A stretch of 63,969 nucleotides of DNA, filler included, from Lama guanicoe (Eukaryota), in NCBI GenBank assembly GCA_013239625.1. It is 104 parts of 104 records of this genome, joined end to end, with 100 filler letters (N's around TTAATTAATTAA, not from the genome) between each part and the next. Parts side by side here need not be neighbours in the genome. Positions count along the whole stretch, not along the records: positions 33,255 to 33,983 come from PNXV01027356.1; positions 34,084 to 34,644 come from PNXV01027358.1; positions 34,745 to 35,416 come from PNXV01027359.1; positions 35,517 to 36,472 come from PNXV01027360.1; positions 36,573 to 36,994 come from PNXV01027361.1; positions 37,095 to 37,900 come from PNXV01027362.1; positions 38,001 to 38,482 come from PNXV01027363.1; positions 38,583 to 39,207 come from PNXV01027364.1; 96 more parts are not named here. One strand, 5' to 3'. The notes beneath the pieces are model-generated. The model saw only the letters and a list, made by a program, of their open reading frames with translations. It did not search any database and was not told the origin of the DNA. Position numbers and translations under genes: made by a program. Of this stretch, positions 33,822 to 45,414 are shown piece after piece (position 1 is the stretch's first letter; each line of letters starts with the position of its first letter).

Positions 33822-35516
33822 CATTTATGCTCTTCCCTCTGTCTTATTAAAATATTAGTCTGAATAATCTTATATTTATGTGTCATATCTTTAGCATTTT
33901 AATTTTAAACAGCCTCTCTAACAATGAAAAATAATGTTTGATTCAAAGTTAAAGGGTTTCAAAGCTATAAGCAATAAATGCAANNNNNNNNNNNNNNNNN
34001 NNNNNNNNNNNNNNNNNNNNNNNNNNNTTAATTAATTAANNNNNNNNNNNNNNNNNNNNNNNNNNNNNNNNNNNNNNNNNNNNCTAGGGCTTTGTTAAGT
34101 GAAAATTTTAGACCCTTGGCTCTACGCAATTCTATGGGATTATTGTGAGGACAATTTCTCCTACACATTGATGCCATATTCTGTTCCTGTGTGTGTTGAC
34201 TGGTATATCTCCAATTGCTGGTGTTGCATTTGTTGTGATGAACAACCCATATTATTTCCATTAGCAAAGCTTCATTTTGATTACGCTTATCTCACTTTTC
34301 TGAAAGTGCGCAGGACACATCCTCTTGTGGAAATGAGGCTTCTAAAGGTTCTCATTTCTGCATTCTGCTCTATGTCATTTTGGAGTGTTTCCAAAACAGC
34401 AAACTGAGAGTGCACTTGTGCTTTGTAGTGCCACGGGAATGTCCCAATGAAAGCAGTTCTTCCCAGAGATTCTCTGTCTACTGAAACACCAGTGGAAGCA
34501 CATCCATGGATGTCACACATCAGTGCATGCTGAAATGATCCCGCAGACCTACCTTGGTGTCCTCGGTGCCATACCGTGCAGCTGCCATCCAAAAGGTAGC
34601 ATCCGCTTTTGGGAGATAGTGCTGAAGGAAATGCTTCCTCTTCTNNNNNNNNNNNNNNNNNNNNNNNNNNNNNNNNNNNNNNNNNNNNTTAATTAATTAA
34701 NNNNNNNNNNNNNNNNNNNNNNNNNNNNNNNNNNNNNNNNNNNNTATGTAACTATAATAGAGTCAAAGCATAGGATCCTAAATGGAATGAAAAGTAAATG
34801 CTTAATGATCCCAAAGGAGAGAGAAATACTTACACATGGGATGGTTGAATAAAATCTTATGAACAAGGTAGTTTTTTTCTCCTTCCTTCTTTTTTGAAGA
34901 GAAGAACAGAAAAGAGTATGCATAAACTCTTAGGATGGCTTTTTATTACTTTTTATTAACTTTAACAATAGGAAGAATTCATGAATATATGAATGATTAA
35001 AAGTAATAAAACATTGTAGAGATTAAACTCCCCTTTGACTACCGCTGGCTATTCTGATCCTTTCATCACTTATTACCCTAGTTCTCTCCTCATCTTGATC
35101 AATTTGGAGTCCATGCTTCCAGGAGGTTTTCTATAGATTTGAATAAACAAAAAAAAAGTAGCATTTTATTTATATTTCATTATGATACAAATATACATTT
35201 TGGGCAAACCTTTCTGTAACTTGTTTTGTAAATTCAATAATAAATCTTGTAGGTCTTTTTAAACCATACGCCCTTCTGAACCAGTATGTCCCACATATGG
35301 TTATACTACCATTTATACATCCATTCTTTGTTGATAAACAGTTAAGCTGTTGGGGTTTTTAATCTACGAAATGCAGCACTACAATAACCCATTTTGAGCC
35401 TTCCTCTTTATTCACANNNNNNNNNNNNNNNNNNNNNNNNNNNNNNNNNNNNNNNNNNNNTTAATTAATTAANNNNNNNNNNNNNNNNNNNNNNNNNNNN
35501 NNNNNNNNNNNNNNNN

Positions 35517-36440
35517 CTTCTGTTCACCTTCAAAGCCAATCACTTTTTAAGCCCTGTAAATTCTACATCTTTATCATCTGTCCTCTCCTCTTCACCTCTA
35601 TTACTATTTTCCTATTCTAGGCCCTTATCTTCTCTCATCTAGGTTATTTCAACAGCAACAGCCTTCTAACTTATCTCTCTCCCTTTTGCCTTTCTCCATC
35701 CAATCCAGCCTCCACACCCTACCACCACTGTGTTATCTTTCCTAATTAGTCCTTCACTGGTTCTCATTGTCTTTAGAATCAAGTCCAAAGTCCTCAGCAC
35801 AATACAAAGGCTCTTCACCACATGCCACCACAGACTTCTTTTTTCTTTTTCTGAGTCATAACTTTTCACTTGCCTAAATCTGTATGTTGTTTTATAACAT
35901 ATCCTATACTTCAAAGTATTAAAACTACCTTTAACACCATATTCTATAGTGTAAAGATTTTGCCAAACTGGACAAATCTTCATTATTTCAAATGAAAGGC
36001 ACTGAAACCCCATACTTATCTAATTTCTAGAAGTTTCAGTAATTCTAATTCTTTTTCCAGCTTATTTCCCAGCACCATCTCCTTAGGCCAACCCTCATCT
36101 CTATACACTCTGACTTTTAGAGACAATGTGGACTGTAACATTCCTCAAACTACCATATACTTTCACATAATATTCCTGGTTTTCATCCTTATCTTCTGTT
36201 TCCTTCCCCAACTCAGCAAATTCCTACTCAACCTTCAAAGCTAAATTCAAATGTGGTATCTTCGCTCTAATCCTCCTCCCCAACATATATAGAATTATTT
36301 CCTCTTATCAATGTCCCCATTACACTTTACAACTGTTATAACTCTTACCACACTGAAATTGTAGGGACTTATTTACATGTCTGGTTATAAGCATCTTGAA
36401 GGCAGGGAAGCATTTTCTTTTCTTGAATCTAACATTTAAC
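35517..36440 (+). mobile_element. LINE-2 3' fragments
   Basis: CT-rich L2 motifs (CCTTCACTGGTTCTCATTGTCTTTAGAATCAAGTCCAAAGTCCTCAGC, TTATAAGCATCTTGAAGGCAGGG). Confidence 0.75.
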
Positions 36441-36572
36441 TTATGGTCTGAGAACAAACATTTTAAACTTCTNNNNNNNNNNNNNNNNNNNNNNNNNNNN
36501 NNNNNNNNNNNNNNNNTTAATTAATTAANNNNNNNNNNNNNNNNNNNNNNNNNNNNNNNNNNNNNNNNNNNN

Positions 36573-36994
36573 AAAAATAAAGCCCATGTACTACATGGAG
36601 AAACTACTGAACTGTACTGAGAGGTAAAGTAAGAGCTGTGAATATAGTGACATCAACATATTGCATGGAGGAGAGCAGTTTTGTAAAGATGAATGTTCTG
36701 CTAAAGATAATTCAAAACTTACTAAAAAATCTTATGAAAATCCTTATCTGTTTTTTTTTTAACTTGAACAAAGTATTTTAGAATTCTTCTGGAATAATAA
36801 AGTCTTAATACTATCCAAGAAAATTTGTGATGGAAGAAAGGAATCAAAAAAAAAATCACTGTCAAATATCAAATAAATTTTTACAATATGTAAGAAATAG
36901 CACTGGAGTAAGAAAGTAAGATTGACAGAAATAAACCATGAACTAAAAAACAGACTGTAGTATACATAAGTATTTTGTACAGGTGGGATTTCAA
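36573..36994 (+). mobile_element. Old LINE-1 ORF2 fragment
   Basis: A-rich, with decayed ORF2 motifs (TTGTAAAGATG, AACTTGAACAAAGTATTTTAGAATTC). Confidence 0.55.
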
Positions 36995-37094
36995 NNNNNN
37001 NNNNNNNNNNNNNNNNNNNNNNNNNNNNNNNNNNNNNNTTAATTAATTAANNNNNNNNNNNNNNNNNNNNNNNNNNNNNNNNNNNNNNNNNNNN

Positions 37095-37250
37095 CAAAAA
37101 TTTTGTGTGTGACTATATGAGATGATGAATGTAAATCAAACATAGTGGTAATCTTTTCACAATATATGCAAATCAGGTCGTTATGATGTGTACCTTAAAC
37201 TTACACAGCGCTGAACGTCAATTATATGCCAATAAAACTGGAAAAAGTTA
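37095..37250 (+). mobile_element. LINE-1 3' end (L1MA/MB-like)
   Basis: GTACCTTAAACTTACACAG...GTCAATTATATGCCAATAAAACTGGAAAAA. Confidence 0.8.
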
Positions 37251-37500
37251 TATCTGGGTGCAAAAAGGGGAAGAAGTGCAGATTCTTCCTACACCTCTAT
37301 TCAGATCCACGGAGTCAGAAATGTTAGGACTGTAGACCAGGAATCTGCACTTTAGGCAGTTTCCTTAGCTGTACTGAAGTTTAAGAACACATGATGTAGA
37401 AATACCTGCTTTTTAAAAATAGTCTAGAGCATTTCTGTCTAAATTTTGGTGCATGTTTTCAAAACTCTATTCTGTGCTCATCAGCTAACATTGCATTTAA

Positions 37501-37627
37501 AAAAATCACATGACTGAAAAATTGTGCTGAACACTGGAATTTGACCCAACATTGTAAAATGATTATAAATCAATAAAAAATGTTAAGAAATAAAAAAAAC
37601 ACACACACACAAAAATCACATGACTGA
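37501..37627 (+). mobile_element. Very short 5'-truncated L1 insertion with 17-bp TSD
   Basis: AAAAATCACATGACTGA at 37501-37517 and 37611-37627 flanks an L1 terminus with AATAAA and an A/(AC)n tail. Confidence 0.85.
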
Positions 37628-38000
37628 CAGATCACTGTAAACACCATTTTAAAGGCTTCATAATATAATATGTGAAAACATTCTGGTTACTAATTTTTAT
37701 ATTTTTTCACCATTGAGATTACTTTCAGGTTTTTGTTCTGTAAATAATATTGGTGTGGATCTCAAAAGATATGTTTTCCATATTGAACTCTATTTGTCAA
37801 CTCTGTTGATTCTTATCTACCTACAGTGTATTGAAATTCATGCTTGACACCGTTATTAACATTTTTTCAATAGTTGCAATTTGAGAGACAAACTTCTATT
37901 NNNNNNNNNNNNNNNNNNNNNNNNNNNNNNNNNNNNNNNNNNNNTTAATTAATTAANNNNNNNNNNNNNNNNNNNNNNNNNNNNNNNNNNNNNNNNNNNN

Positions 38001-38482
38001 GGGGGGACCCTCAGATCTGCAGAGAAGAGAATCCAAGTTCCCACTGGGAGTGAAGCTGACGACTGTGAGCGAGCAATGAGGACCCTGGACCCCAAAACAC
38101 AGTCGGTCCTGGGAGGCCACAGGTCGGAAAAGCACAGGCGGCATTTCCTGACATCCGGGTCTCGGAGGGACTGGGCTCCTGGGATGAGGGGCGGGGCTTC
38201 GGGGGTTCCAAGGGGAGGCTACATGCCGCCTGAGTCAAAGTGAGGACCCCGAGGGAGAACGGAGGATTCCTGCACCCCGGGACAGTGTTGGGCCTTGGAG
38301 GCCTTGGGGCAGGGTGAGCACCGGCGGCATTTCCTGCCATCCGGGCCTCAGAGGGACTGGGGTCCTGGGATGAGGGGCAAGGATTGGGGTGGCCAGAGGG
38401 GAGGCTACATACCGCCTGAGTCAAAGTGAGGATCCCGAGGGAGAACGGCGGATTCCTGCACCCCGGGACAGTGTTGGGCCTT
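38001..38482 (+). repeat. ~186-bp GC-rich tandem repeat resembling MAGE-family promoter/first-exon repeats
   Basis: CCGCCTGAGTCAAAGTGAGGA at 38226 and 38412. Each unit has ETS-like ATTTCCTG and CATCCGGG and a GTGAGG donor-like site. Confidence 0.55.
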
Positions 38483-38582
38483 NNNNNNNNNNNNNNNNNN
38501 NNNNNNNNNNNNNNNNNNNNNNNNNNTTAATTAATTAANNNNNNNNNNNNNNNNNNNNNNNNNNNNNNNNNNNNNNNNNNNN

Positions 38583-39207
38583 ACATGCCACTTCACACCA
38601 ACCAGGATGACAAATATATATGATATATGATGTATAAATATTTATCTATAAACCCGGTAATAAAAAGTGTTGGGGATGTGGAGAAACTGGACTACTCATA
38701 CATTAGTACTGGAAATAGAAAATGGTGCAGTCCCTTTAAAAACTTCTTCAGCAATTCCTCAAAATGTTAAAAGTAGAATACATCCCAGAAATTCCATTTT
38801 TTGATATATCCTCAAGAGAACTGAATATATGTGTTCACACAAAAACTTGTCCATGGGCATTTACAGCAGAATTATTCATCATCAACCGATGGATGGATTA
38901 GCAATGTGGAGTATTTATAACAATGGCATATTACTTGAACACAAAGAGGAATTTGGGTACTGATATATGCTACACCATGTATGAGTCTAGACAACGTCAC
39001 ACTAAATTAAAGATGACAATCAAAAAAGGCAGCATACTCTATGGTTCTACTTATATGAAATGCCCAGAACAGGCAAATCTGTAGAGGCAGAAAGTAGAGT
39101 GGTGGCTGCTGGGGGCTAAAGAAAAGAAAGGTTAGGGACTGACTTAATAAAGGGTTCTGGTTCCTTTTGGGGGTGATGGCTACAAAGCTCTGAAATGTAC
39201 TTAAAAC
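38583..39207 (+). mobile_element. LINE-1 3' region (L1MB/MC-like)
   Basis: AAATGGTGCAG, GTTCACACAAAAACTTGT, GTACTGATATATGCTACA, AAATGCCCAGAACAGGCAAATCTGTAGAG. Confidence 0.88.
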
Positions 39208-39307
39208 NNNNNNNNNNNNNNNNNNNNNNNNNNNNNNNNNNNNNNNNNNNNTTAATTAATTAANNNNNNNNNNNNNNNNNNNNNNNNNNNNNNNNNNNNN
39301 NNNNNNN

Positions 39308-39768
39308 ACTCAGGATACCAGAACAATTCTTCATATGTGTGCTGGAGGTGGGGAAAAAGAGTCCACACATTTTTTAAGGAGCACAGGTATTCCCAGGTTG
39401 TGGGATTTTGGTGAATAATTTCCTCTTCCCATGGAGAAGCACTCGCTAATACATGGATTTACAGGCCAACCCCCAATTATCCCCGCACTCCGCCCTTGGC
39501 AAGCCGTCATTGAAGAGATGTAAATGTATTGTATTAGAACACAGGCGCTGCTGTTAGTTGGAGGAACCTCCCCACACACAAAATTTCTGAGCCAGATATC
39601 TTGTGTGTGCTGGAGGAGGGACACTGAGTCCACACATCTTTATGGGGGCACAGGTGTTCCCAGTTTGGGGATATACTTTAACCACCTCCACAGCCAAAAG
39701 ATAGGAGCTCGCTAATACGCGGTTTTAGAGCACAACCCATAACTTCGCTCAAAACCCGGCCAAGGAAA
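39308..39768 (-). repeat. Diverged ~265-bp satellite (reverse)
   Basis: GTGTGCTGGAGG at 39337 and 39605 (period 268). Contains GTTGGAGGAACCTCCCCAC. Confidence 0.85.
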
Positions 39769-39868
39769 NNNNNNNNNNNNNNNNNNNNNNNNNNNNNNNN
39801 NNNNNNNNNNNNTTAATTAATTAANNNNNNNNNNNNNNNNNNNNNNNNNNNNNNNNNNNNNNNNNNNN

Positions 39869-40303
39869 CAGAATTTAGAACATGGAATAAAGAACACAGA
39901 ATTTTGAATATAATATACAGAATACTATATAAATAATTAAAAAATTCTTGTAGAACACAGAATATAGAATATGAAATACAGAATACTGAATAAATAATTT
40001 AGAATATAGAATGTAGAACAGAGAATTTAGAATATAGCATAAAGAATACTGAACATAGAATTTAGAATATAGAATGTAGAACAGAGAATTTAGAATATAG
40101 CATAAAGAATACTGAACATAGAATTTAGAATATAGAATGTAGAACAGAGAATTTAGAATATAGAATAAAGAATACTGAACATAGAATTTAGAATATAGAA
40201 TGCAGAACACATAATATAAAATGTAGAATACAGAATATATAATCCAGAATAAATAACATGCTATGCAGAACACAGAATTTAGAATATAGATTAAATAATA
40301 CTG
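39869..40303 (-). repeat. AT-rich heptamer satellite with 63-bp unit
   Basis: GAGAATTTAG at 40021, 40084 and 40147. Confidence 0.94.
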
Positions 40304-40403
40304 NNNNNNNNNNNNNNNNNNNNNNNNNNNNNNNNNNNNNNNNNNNNTTAATTAATTAANNNNNNNNNNNNNNNNNNNNNNNNNNNNNNNNNNNNNNNNN
40401 NNN

Positions 40404-41164
40404 CCACCAACGGTCGACAACGCGTGGGTTCTAACTGAATGCCTAAGCTCGAATCCCCTGGTTTTTTTCCTAATATCTCTTTGCCAGGGAATGCTAGTTG
40501 GGTTTGCGGGCAATCCCATTGAGAGAGGCTGACTCCCCAAGTTCAGGGAAGGTATTTCCCAGAATTCCACCTAACAGGGAACACCTGTGACTGAAGAGAG
40601 CTGCGTGGATATGTCTCTCGAGCTCCCCACTCACCGAGAATTGTTCCAGAATCCTGAGAGTGGGGAGGTTCCACCAACGGTCGACAACGCGTGGGTTCTA
40701 ACTGAATGCCTAAGCTCGACTCCCCTGGTTTTTTCCTAATATCTCTGTGCCAGGGAATGCTAGTTGGGTTTGCGGGCAATCCCATTGAGAGAGGCTGACT
40801 CCCCAAGTTCAGGGAAGGTATTTCCCAGAATTCCACCTAACAGGGAACACCTGTGACTGAAGAGAGCTGCGTGGATATGTCTCTCGAGCTCCCCACTCAC
40901 CGAGAATTGTTCCAGAATCCTGAGAGTGGGGAGGTTCCACCAACCATCGGCAGCACGTGGGTTATAACTGAATGCCTAAGCTCGTCTCCCCTGGGTTTTT
41001 TTCTAATGTCTCTCTGCCAGGGAATGCTAGGGGATTTTGCAGGCAATCCCAGTGACAGAAGCTGCCTCCCGAAGGTCAGGGAAGGTATTTCTCCGAATTC
41101 CCCCTAACAGGGAAAACCTGTGACTAAAGAGAGCTGCGTGGAATTGTCTCTCGAGCTCCCCCAC
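40404..41164 (+). repeat. 267-bp satellite (distinct subfamily)
   Basis: Monomers share CTCACCGAGAATTGTTCCAGAATCCTGAGAG. Confidence 0.95.
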
Positions 41165-41264
41165 NNNNNNNNNNNNNNNNNNNNNNNNNNNNNNNNNNNN
41201 NNNNNNNNTTAATTAATTAANNNNNNNNNNNNNNNNNNNNNNNNNNNNNNNNNNNNNNNNNNNN

Positions 41265-41740
41265 TTATCTCTCAGAACTGAGCATGTGGAGAGACGTTCG
41301 TTCATCTAGCACGTAAGGAACGGTTGGCAAGAGAAACCCTTACTCTGGTTTCTCAGTCTGTTTCCTAGTGCCGGTTTGAAGTGCCTGCCGTTTTCACTGT
41401 AAAACCGAGTTGGAGCTTGTACCTCCCCATATATATGTATGGAGTGGAGTTGGCAACTGAAAAGAAACTTTGTGTTCCCTTCAAGCTAGGTGAAGGACGG
41501 CTTTCACACACACTTATCTCTCAGAACTGAGCATGTGGAGAGACGTTCGTTCATCCAGCACAAAGGGAACGGGTTGCAGGAGAAACCCTTACTCTGGTTT
41601 CTCAGTCGGTTTCCTAGTGCCGGTTTGAAGTGCTTGCCGTTTTCACTGTAAAACCGAATTGGAGGTTGTACGTCCCCATATATATGTAAGAAGCGGAGTT
41701 TGCAACTGAAAAGAAACTTTGTGTTCCCTTCAAGCTAGGT
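41265..41740 (+). repeat. 249-bp satellite
   Basis: About 2 monomers. Confidence 0.96.
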
Positions 41741-41840
41741 NNNNNNNNNNNNNNNNNNNNNNNNNNNNNNNNNNNNNNNNNNNNTTAATTAATTAANNNN
41801 NNNNNNNNNNNNNNNNNNNNNNNNNNNNNNNNNNNNNNNN

Positions 41841-42599
41841 GGAAGTCCGAGAAATAACCTCCATGACCTTGGAGAGGCAGCCTCTGTCACTGGGATTTCT
41901 TGCAACCCATCCTAGCATTCCCTGGCACAGAGACATGAGGAAAACCCTCAGGGGAGTCGAGCACAGGCATTCCGTTAGACCCCACGCGCTGCCGACCGTT
42001 GGTGGAACCTCCCCACGCTCAGGATTCCGGAACCATTGTCATTGAGTGGGGGAGTTCGAGAGACAACTCGACGCGGCTCTCTTCAGTCACAGGTGTTCCC
42101 TGCTCGAGGAAGTCCGAGAAATAACCTCCATGACCTTGGAGAGGCAGCCTCTGTCACTGGGATTTCTTGCAACCCATCCTAGCATTCCCTGGCACAGAGA
42201 CATGAGGAAAACCCTCAGGGTAGACGAGCACAGGCATTGCTTTGAACCAACGCGCTTATGATCGTTGGTGGAACCTCCCCACGCTCAGGATTCCGGAACC
42301 ATTGTCATTGAGTGGGGGAGTTCGAGAGACAACTCGACGCGGCTCTCTTCAGTCACAGGTGTTCCCTGCTCGGGGAAGTCCGAGAAATAACTTCCCTGAC
42401 CATGGGGAGGCAGCCTCTGTCACTGGGATTTCCTGCAACCCCCCCTAGCATTCCCTGGCACAGAGACATGAGGAAAACTCTCAGGGGAGACGAGCACAGG
42501 CATTCCCTTAGAACCCACTCGCTGTCGACCTTTGGTGGAACCTCCCCACTCTCAGGATTCCAGAATCATAGTCATTGAGTGGGGGATCTCGAGAGACAA
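41841..42599 (-). repeat. 267-bp satellite (reverse)
   Basis: About 3 monomers. Confidence 0.96.
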
Positions 42600-42699
42600 N
42601 NNNNNNNNNNNNNNNNNNNNNNNNNNNNNNNNNNNNNNNNNNNTTAATTAATTAANNNNNNNNNNNNNNNNNNNNNNNNNNNNNNNNNNNNNNNNNNNN

Positions 42700-42959
42700 A
42701 AACATAAGAAGTACACTCTGACATTGGACTTCATATGATTCTACATATATCTCCTCTGGCATGGGAAGCAGAAGCAAACCTAACAAAATACGATTATATC
42801 ACTCTAAACAGATTTACACTGCAAAAGAAATGATCAATAAAATGAAAATTGAACAAACAGAATGGGAGAATATATTTGCAAGTTATATTTTCCAATGTAG
42901 TGTTAATATCCAAAATATATGACAAACTCTTTCCCCACAACAACAACAAAAGAGAGCAA
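42700..42959 (+). mobile_element. LINE-1 ORF2 3' fragment
   Basis: ACAGAATGGGAGAATATATTTGCA and GTTAATATCCAAAATATAT (EWEKIFA and LISKIY region). Confidence 0.85.
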
Positions 42960-43059
42960 NNNNNNNNNNNNNNNNNNNNNNNNNNNNNNNNNNNNNNNNN
43001 NNNTTAATTAATTAANNNNNNNNNNNNNNNNNNNNNNNNNNNNNNNNNNNNNNNNNNNN

Positions 43060-43551
43060 CGCACTCACAATTGTTCCGGAATCCTGAGAGTGGGGAGGTT
43101 CCTCCAGCGGTCAGCATCGAGTTGGTTCAAACGGAAAGCCTATGCTCGTCTCCCCTGAGCGTTTTCCTAATGTCTCTGTGCCAGGGAATGCTAGGGGGGA
43201 ATGCAGGATATCCCAGTGACAGAGGCTGCCTCCAAAAGGTCAGGGAAGCTATTTCTCGGACTTCCCTGAACAGGGAACACCTGTGACTGAAGAGAGCTGC
43301 GTGGAGTTGTCTCTCGAGCTCCCCCACGCACTGACAATGTTTCCGGAATCCTGAGCGTGGGGAGGTTCCACCAACGATCGGCAGCGCGTGGGTTCTAACG
43401 GAAAGCACAAGCTCGTCTCCCCTGAGTGTTATCCTAATTTCTCTGTGCCAGGGAATGCTAGGGGGGAATGCAGGATATCCCAGTGACAGAGGCTGCCTCC
43501 AAAAGGTCAGGGAAGCTATTTCTCGGACTTCCCTGAACAGGGAACACCTGT
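43060..43551 (+). repeat. 267-bp satellite (variant B)
   Basis: About 1.8 monomers. Confidence 0.96.
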
Positions 43552-43651
43552 NNNNNNNNNNNNNNNNNNNNNNNNNNNNNNNNNNNNNNNNNNNNTTAAT
43601 TAATTAANNNNNNNNNNNNNNNNNNNNNNNNNNNNNNNNNNNNNNNNNNNN

Positions 43652-44157
43652 GCGCGGGGGAGGGGAAGGGACGGGTGAGACGCGAAGGGAGGGCGGCGGC
43701 GCGCGCCTCGCCCCCGGCCCCGCCGCCCGCCCGCGCGGCCCAGGAAAGTAGGCCCAGCCCGGCGGAGGGGCCGGCCGCGCCGCGCCGGTATCATTCCGCC
43801 CGCGCCCTGCGGCCGCCAGTCGGACGGTGGCGGCAGCGGCGGCGGGCACGGCGGGGCGTCCTCCCGGGCCCAGCCTCCGGCCTCCGGCCCCCGGCCCCAG
43901 CCACGACCCGACCCCGGCCTGCTCCGCCGCCCCCGGCCCGACCCGCTCCCGGCGCCCCCCGCGCCGCATCCGGGGACTATATTCGCGCGGAGCGGCACAG
44001 CGCGGCCGGCCGGGCCGGGGCCGCTTACCGGTGTCGCCGCGCGCCTTGCTCTCCTTGGGCTTCGGGGGGCGGCCCCGCGGCATCGTCGGCGGCGGCGGCG
44101 GCGGACCACCCCTCGGCCGCACACACACTCACACACATACACTCGGCGGAGCGCGCA
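43652..44157 (-). promoter_or_regulatory. CpG island spanning the 5'UTR, exon 1 and start of intron 1
   Basis: Extremely GC- and CpG-rich, with GC boxes and a (GCC)n run before the ATG. Confidence 0.92.
44029..44083 (-). CDS. ZNF236: First coding exon (55 nt), probably zinc finger protein 236
   Basis: ATG CCG CGG GGC...GAC ACC G|GTAAGC encodes MPRGRPPKPKESKARGDT with an AT-hook-like RGRP and a strong donor. It matches my recollection of the ZNF236 N-terminus (MPRGRPPKPRES...). Confidence 0.72.
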
Positions 44158-44257
44158 NNNNNNNNNNNNNNNNNNNNNNNNNNNNNNNNNNNNNNNNNNN
44201 NTTAATTAATTAANNNNNNNNNNNNNNNNNNNNNNNNNNNNNNNNNNNNNNNNNNNN

Positions 44258-44627
44258 GCTCATCTCCCCTGTGTTTTTTCCTAATGTCTCTGTGCCAGGG
44301 AATTCTGGGGGGGTTTCTAGGCAATCCAAGGGACAGAGGCTGCCTCCCCAAGGTCAGGGAAGGTATTTCTCGGTCTTCCCTGTTCAGGGAACACCTTTGA
44401 GTGAAGAGAGCTGCGAGGAGTTGTCTCTCGAGCTCCCCCACGCACTGACAATGTTTCCGGAATTCTGACGTGTGGAGGTTCCACCAACGGTTAGCAGCGC
44501 TTGGGTTCTAACGGAATGCCTAAGCTCGACTCCCCTGGGTTTTTTCCTAATATTTCTTTGCCACGGAATGCTTAGGGGGTTTGAAGGCAATCCCAGTGAC
44601 AGAGGCTGCCTCCCCAAGTTCAGGGAA
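44258..44627 (+). repeat. 267-bp satellite (variant B, diverged)
   Basis: About 1.4 monomers. Confidence 0.94.
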
Positions 44628-44727
44628 NNNNNNNNNNNNNNNNNNNNNNNNNNNNNNNNNNNNNNNNNNNNTTAATTAATTAANNNNNNNNNNNNNNNNN
44701 NNNNNNNNNNNNNNNNNNNNNNNNNNN

Positions 44728-45414
44728 CCTGGTCCTGCACACTCCTGGGCCTTCTCAATCCTGTGCCTGTACACTCGTGGGCTTGTGCCCCATGGGCCTG
44801 CAGACTCCTGTGCATGCTCTCTCCGGTGCCAGCACACTCCTAGGCCTGCACACTCTTGGGCCTGCCCTCTCCTGGGCCTGCACACTCCTGGGCTTCTACA
44901 CCCATGGGCCTGCAGACTCCTGTGCCAGCACCCTCCTGGGCCTGCACACTCCTGGGCTTCTACACCCATGGGCCTGCAGACTCCTGTGCCAGCACCCTCC
45001 TGGGCCTGCACACTCCTTGGCCTGCTCCCTCCTGGACCTGCACACTCCTCAGTCTTCACACTCCTAGGCCTGCACACTCTTGGGCCTGCACACTCATGGG
45101 CCTGCTCGATCCTGTACCAGCACACTCCTGGGCTTGTACACCCATGAGCCTGTAGACTCTTGTGCCAGCACACTCCTGGGCCTGCACACTCATGGGCCTG
45201 CACACTCCTTGGCCTGCTCCCTCCTGGACCTGCACACTCCTCAGTCTTCACACTCCTAGGCCTGCACATTCCTGAACCTGCCTTCTTCTTGGCCAGCCCT
45301 CAACATAACTGCACTCTCCTTTGTCTGCGCACTAGTGGGCCTGGACACACCTGGGCCTGCCCCACCTGTCCTGCCCTCTGCTGTGTCTGCACACCCCTAG
45401 GCCTGCACACTCAT
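44728..45414 (+). repeat. 16-bp minisatellite (CACACTCCTGGGCCTG)n
   Basis: About 40 variant 16-mers. A 64-bp block is repeated at 44881 and 44945. Confidence 0.93.

Noticed and set aside
43600..44213. Long Arg/Pro/Gly/Ala-rich ORFs on both strands
   Set aside because: Stop codons are scarce in a CpG island. Only the 55-nt exon has start and donor support.
44676..45269. 197-aa Cys-rich repeat ORF (ECAGPG...)
   Set aside because: It is a translation of a 16-bp minisatellite whose unit is not a multiple of 3, and it is open in many frames.
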